Shown: positions 61,114-64,000 of the stretch, piece after piece | Layout of the letters: the number at the start of each line of letters is the position of its first letter | Numbering within the stretch: position 1 is the first letter of the stretch | Source of the DNA: an uncultured Candidatus Rokubacteria bacterium | GTDB taxonomy: Bacteria; Methylomirabilota; Methylomirabilia; Rokubacteriales; CSP1-6 | NCBI GenBank assembly: GCA_963758635.1 | Contig: CAVWWD010000007.1 | Location: 128,001 to 192,000, forward strand | Length of the DNA: 64,000 bases | Reading direction: 5' to 3' | Translations under genes and position numbers: made by a program | Notes under the pieces: generated by a model | Told to the model about the DNA's origin: nothing | Database searches by the model: none | The model's input: the letters and a program-made list of their open reading frames with translations, nothing else

Positions 61114-62225
61114 CGGAGCACGAAGGGCGTGGCCCCCGCCGGCGAGTACGGGTGGCGGCGCACCGCCTCCTCGTTCACCTCCACGCCGAGCCCCGGCCCG
61201 GTGGGCACCTCGACCCAGCCGTCGCGGGCGGCGATGGGCCGTGCCAGGAACGGCGTCTCGTGCTCCCCGGTGGGGAACTCCACCGGCGTGGCGCCGCCGA
61301 AGGTGGCGGCCACGTGCAAGGTGGCGGCGAGGCCGGGGCCGAAGTAGAACGCGTGGGGGGCGACGGGGAGCCCCGCGCCCTGGGCCAGGGCCACGATCTT
61401 CCGCATCTCCGAGATCCCGCCCACCTTGGTGATGCTGGGCTGGAGGATGTCGGCGGCGCGATGGGCCACGATCTCCTGGAACCCGTAGATCGTGGACTCG
61501 TTCTCGCCGAGCGCGATCGGGGCGCGGCTGGCCGCGCGGACCCGCGCGAGACCGACGTAGTCCTCCGGCGGCCACACCGGCTCCTCGAGCCAGGTGAGCG
61601 CGAACGGCTCGAGATCGCGGGCCATCGCGATCGCCTCCGTCGCCGTCCACGGGCAGTTGGTGTCGAGCATCAGCTCCACCTGCGGGCCGACGGCCTCGCG
61701 CGCGGCGCGCACCGACTCCACGTCGATCTGGTGGAGCTTCAGCCGCGTGAACCCCTGGGCCACGTACTGGCGGCACGCCGCCGCCACGTCGGCGGGCGAG
61801 CCGTAGCGCACGAGGCTCGCGTAGACGGGCATCCGCGGCCGCACCGCGCCGCCCAGGAGCTCGTACACCGGCACGCCGCGCGCCTTGCCGGCCAGGTCCC
61901 AGAGGGCGATCTCCACGCCGCTGATCGCGAACATGGCGAGGCCGCGGCGCCCGTAGATCATCGTGCCGCGGTGCATGACGTCGACCAGGGCCTCGATGTC
62001 GGCGGCGTCGTGCCCCATGAGGAGCGGGGCCAGGCTCTCCTCGATCACGTTGACCACGGCGAGCGGCGCGCCGTAGGCGAAGGCCTCGCCGACGCCGGTG
62101 AGGCCCTCGTCGGTTCCCACGCGCACCACGATCTGCTTCGCCGTGGCCGCGGGCCATGGCGAGGGCGGGTTCATCGGGCGCGTGGGGATGGCCAGGGGAA
62201 TCGCGTCGATGCGCGTGATCTTCAT
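61110..62225 (-). CDS. mandelate racemase/muconate lactonizing enzyme family
   Basis: TDEGLTGVGE, IALWDLAGK..GVPVYELLGG, LMLDTN, WLEEP, ALGEN, DILQP..TKVGG. Confidence 0.93.
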   Translation of the reverse strand: MKITRIDAIPLAIPTRPMNPPSPWPAATAKQIVVRVGTDEGLTGVGEAFAYGAPLAVVNVIEESLAPLLMGHDAADIEALVDVMHRGTMIYGRRGLAMFAISGVEIALWDLAGKARGVPVYELLGGAVRPRMPVYASLVRYGSPADVAAACRQYVAQGFTRLKLHQIDVESVRAAREAVGPQVELMLDTNCPWTATEAIAMARDLEPFALTWLEEPVWPPEDYVGLARVRAASRAPIALGENESTIYGFQEIVAHRAADILQPSITKVGGISEMRKIVALAQGAGLPVAPHAFYFGPGLAATLHVAATFGGATPVEFPTGEHETPFLARPIAARDGWVEVPTGPGLGVEVNEEAVRRHPYSPAGATPFVLR

Positions 62226-62243
62226 GTCGTCGAGCCTCCGTGT

Positions 62244-63164
62244 TCAGCCACCGAGGTCGAGCGGCTCGGACGGCGCCGGCCGCGTCGCGCGCAGGGCGTC
62301 CAGGCGCTCACGGCCGACGAGGCCGAGGAAGCCCGGCCAGTCGGCGATGCCCGTGACCCAGCGATCGAGCCAGCGCCGGCTGCCCTCCGGCGTGCGGGTG
62401 TCGTCGTGGTAGCGGCGGTAGAAGTCGTGGTCGCGCGCGTAGTGGCCCTGCACGGGCGAGGGATAGGCGCCCCACGGCTGGTGGACCACGGCGGCCACCT
62501 TGAACGGCGGCGCCAGGACGAGGTTCGGGTCCGAGAGGATGCGCTCGCGCGGCCAGACCTCCTCGGCGACCAGCACCACCCGCCGTGCGGCCAGCGCGGC
62601 CTGGCGCGTCACGCCGAGCGTGCCCCACACGTGCGCGTGCCCGTCGGCGTCGGCGCGCTGCACGTGCAGGATGGCCACGTCCGGCGCCAGCGCGGGCACG
62701 AGCACGACGGGAGAGCCCGAGAACGGATCGGTGGCCGGGCGGAGCCGCGGGTTGGAGCGGAGGAGATCGGTGCCGAGAAGCGAGCGCGTTGGAATGTAGG
62801 GCGCGCCCAGGGCCCCGGCCTGGAGCGCGGTCGCGAGCGTGAGGTTCGAGTGGTCCTCTACCTCGAGGGGCCGGGGCACGCCGGCCTCGACCGCGCGGCG
62901 ATAGTTGTGTCCGAGGCCGGCGCTCACGTTGCCGACCCACGCCGCCGTGACCTTGCGCGCGCAGCCCGCGCCGACGAGCTGGTCGAAGAGGATGTCCGAG
63001 ATCGGGCCGACCAGCTCGAGGTCGCGGCGGCCCTGGCGGATCAGCTCGTGGCCGGCCGCGAACGGGATCAGCGCCTCGAGCGCCGCCCCCATGCACACCG
63101 ACGCGCCGTCGGGCACGAACGACGCGAGCGCGTCGCGCATGGACATGAGCTTGTCCGAAGGCAC
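62244..63164 (-). CDS. CoA-transferase subunit A (GctA/CatI-like)
   Basis: IPFAAGHELIRQG, EDHSN, GALGAPY.P.RSLLGTD, PDVAILHVQRADADG, GAYPS. Confidence 0.9.
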   Translation of the reverse strand: MPSDKLMSMRDALASFVPDGASVCMGAALEALIPFAAGHELIRQGRRDLELVGPISDILFDQLVGAGCARKVTAAWVGNVSAGLGHNYRRAVEAGVPRPLEVEDHSNLTLATALQAGALGAPYIPTRSLLGTDLLRSNPRLRPATDPFSGSPVVLVPALAPDVAILHVQRADADGHAHVWGTLGVTRQAALAARRVVLVAEEVWPRERILSDPNLVLAPPFKVAAVVHQPWGAYPSPVQGHYARDHDFYRRYHDDTRTPEGSRRWLDRWVTGIADWPGFLGLVGRERLDALRATRPAPSEPLDLGG

Positions 63165-63220
63165 CGCGCCATCTTACTCCACGCGCTCGGTCAGGGCCGC
63201 CGGAGGAGCGGCGTGCCGCG

Positions 63221-63622
63221 TCAGAGGCCGAGCGCGGCGATGCCCGCCTTGGACACCTGCTCGTCCTGCTGGGACTGCACGCCGGACACGCCGACGGCGC
63301 CGACGCACTCGCCCTCGGCCATGATCGGCACGCCGCCCTGGATGGGCAGGTTGTCGGGGAACTTCATCATGACCGGGCGGTCCTTGATCAGGTCCTCCCA
63401 GACCTTGGTGGCGCGCCGGGTGAGGGCGGCGGTGCGCGCCTTGGCGGTGGCGACCTCGGCGGTCAAGGGCCCGGCGCCGTCGAGCCGCTCCAGGTAGAGC
63501 AGGAAGCCGGCGTCGTCGACGACCGCGAAGCTCACGTTCCACCGGTTCTTCTCGGCCTCGGCGCGGCACGCCGCGGCCACCTTGTGCACGTCTGCTCCCG
63601 TGAGGGCGGGCCTGGTCCGCAT
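63221..63622 (-). CDS. GlcG/HbpS family heme-binding protein
   Basis: AVVDDAG.LL.LERLDGA, A.AKARTA, GGVPI...G..VGAVGVSG...QD. Confidence 0.9.
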   Translation of the reverse strand: MRTRPALTGADVHKVAAACRAEAEKNRWNVSFAVVDDAGFLLYLERLDGAGPLTAEVATAKARTAALTRRATKVWEDLIKDRPVMMKFPDNLPIQGGVPIMAEGECVGAVGVSGVQSQQDEQVSKAGIAALGL

Positions 63623-63639
63623 GGGTGTCCCCCTGTGGT

Positions 63640-64000
63640 TCAGCGTGAGCGGGTGTACTTGACGACGCGCCGGGACCGTCCCCACGCGCCCGGGCGCACC
63701 ACGTAGAGGTCGCCGCGCGAGTCGCCCCAGATGCCGTGGCACGAGCGGAAGCTCGGGTCGCCCCACCGGGCGAGGCGCTCGCCGTCGAGGGTGAGCACGC
63801 TGACGAACCCGCCGTTGTGCTCGGGGATGTAGACGACGTCGTCTCCATCGACGTAGAAGACGGCGGGCCCGATGAGCTCGGTGGGCCAGATGCCCAGGAG
63901 CGCGCCCTGCTGGTCGAAGACCTGGACGCGGTCGTTCTCGCGGTCGCACACGAGCACGCGGCCCCGCCGGTCGATCCAGACGCCGTGGGGCAGGTTGAAC
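63640..64000 (-). CDS. NHL-repeat (PAL-like beta-propeller) protein, 3' part
   Basis: FNLPHGVWID..G.VLVCDRENDRVQVFD, HGIWGDSRGDLYV; runs off the window. Confidence 0.85.
   Translation of the reverse strand, partial: FNLPHGVWIDRRGRVLVCDRENDRVQVFDQQGALLGIWPTELIGPAVFYVDGDDVVYIPEHNGGFVSVLTLDGERLARWGDPSFRSCHGIWGDSRGDLYVVRPGAWGRSRRVVKYTRSR

Overview
High-GC bacterial window. Gene content and style resemble Candidatus Rokubacteria/Methylomirabilota, but this is inference only. Many single-base frameshifts look like long-read consensus errors. (1) 1-26 kb is an exopolysaccharide/capsule island: epimerase, RfbF, PIG-L deacetylase, GT2s, WcaJ-type priming transferase, Wzy-like and Wzx proteins, TagA/CpsF, methyltransferase, CpsD/CapB kinase, ExeA-like ATPase and a sigma54 activator. 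It is interrupted by an IS3 element and IS256/IS3 remnants and carries secreted proteins: two paralogous clan-A-like glycoside hydrolases, a truncated third copy, a GH16 and an FN3/B-repeat protein behind a consensus sigma54 promoter. The three secreted enzymes each begin with an isolated FN3 A-strand-like motif (PxAP[TS][ND]xx[IV]), while the first FN3 domain of the neighbouring protein lacks that strand. This suggests a possible split-FN3 donor-strand docking system (hypothesis). (2) 26-34 kb is regulatory: a bEBP-cyclase-STAND-TPR fusion, a PAS kinase lacking its phospho-His, an orphan AbiEi-like regulator, a 12-aa Lys-rich sORF and rpmB. (3) 35-48 kb is an alpha-glucan/trehalose cluster: glgM, GH13, a two-component system, glgE, treS, a maltokinase-DUF5752-like fusion, TreT-like and GpgS-like genes. 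(4) 48-64 kb is housekeeping/metabolic: recG, rsmD, coaD, aminotransferase, coxG, MFS, BrnT/BrnA-like TA pair, malic enzyme, CoA-transferase, enolase-superfamily enzyme, GlcG and an NHL protein. No rRNA, tRNA or CRISPR array was recognised.
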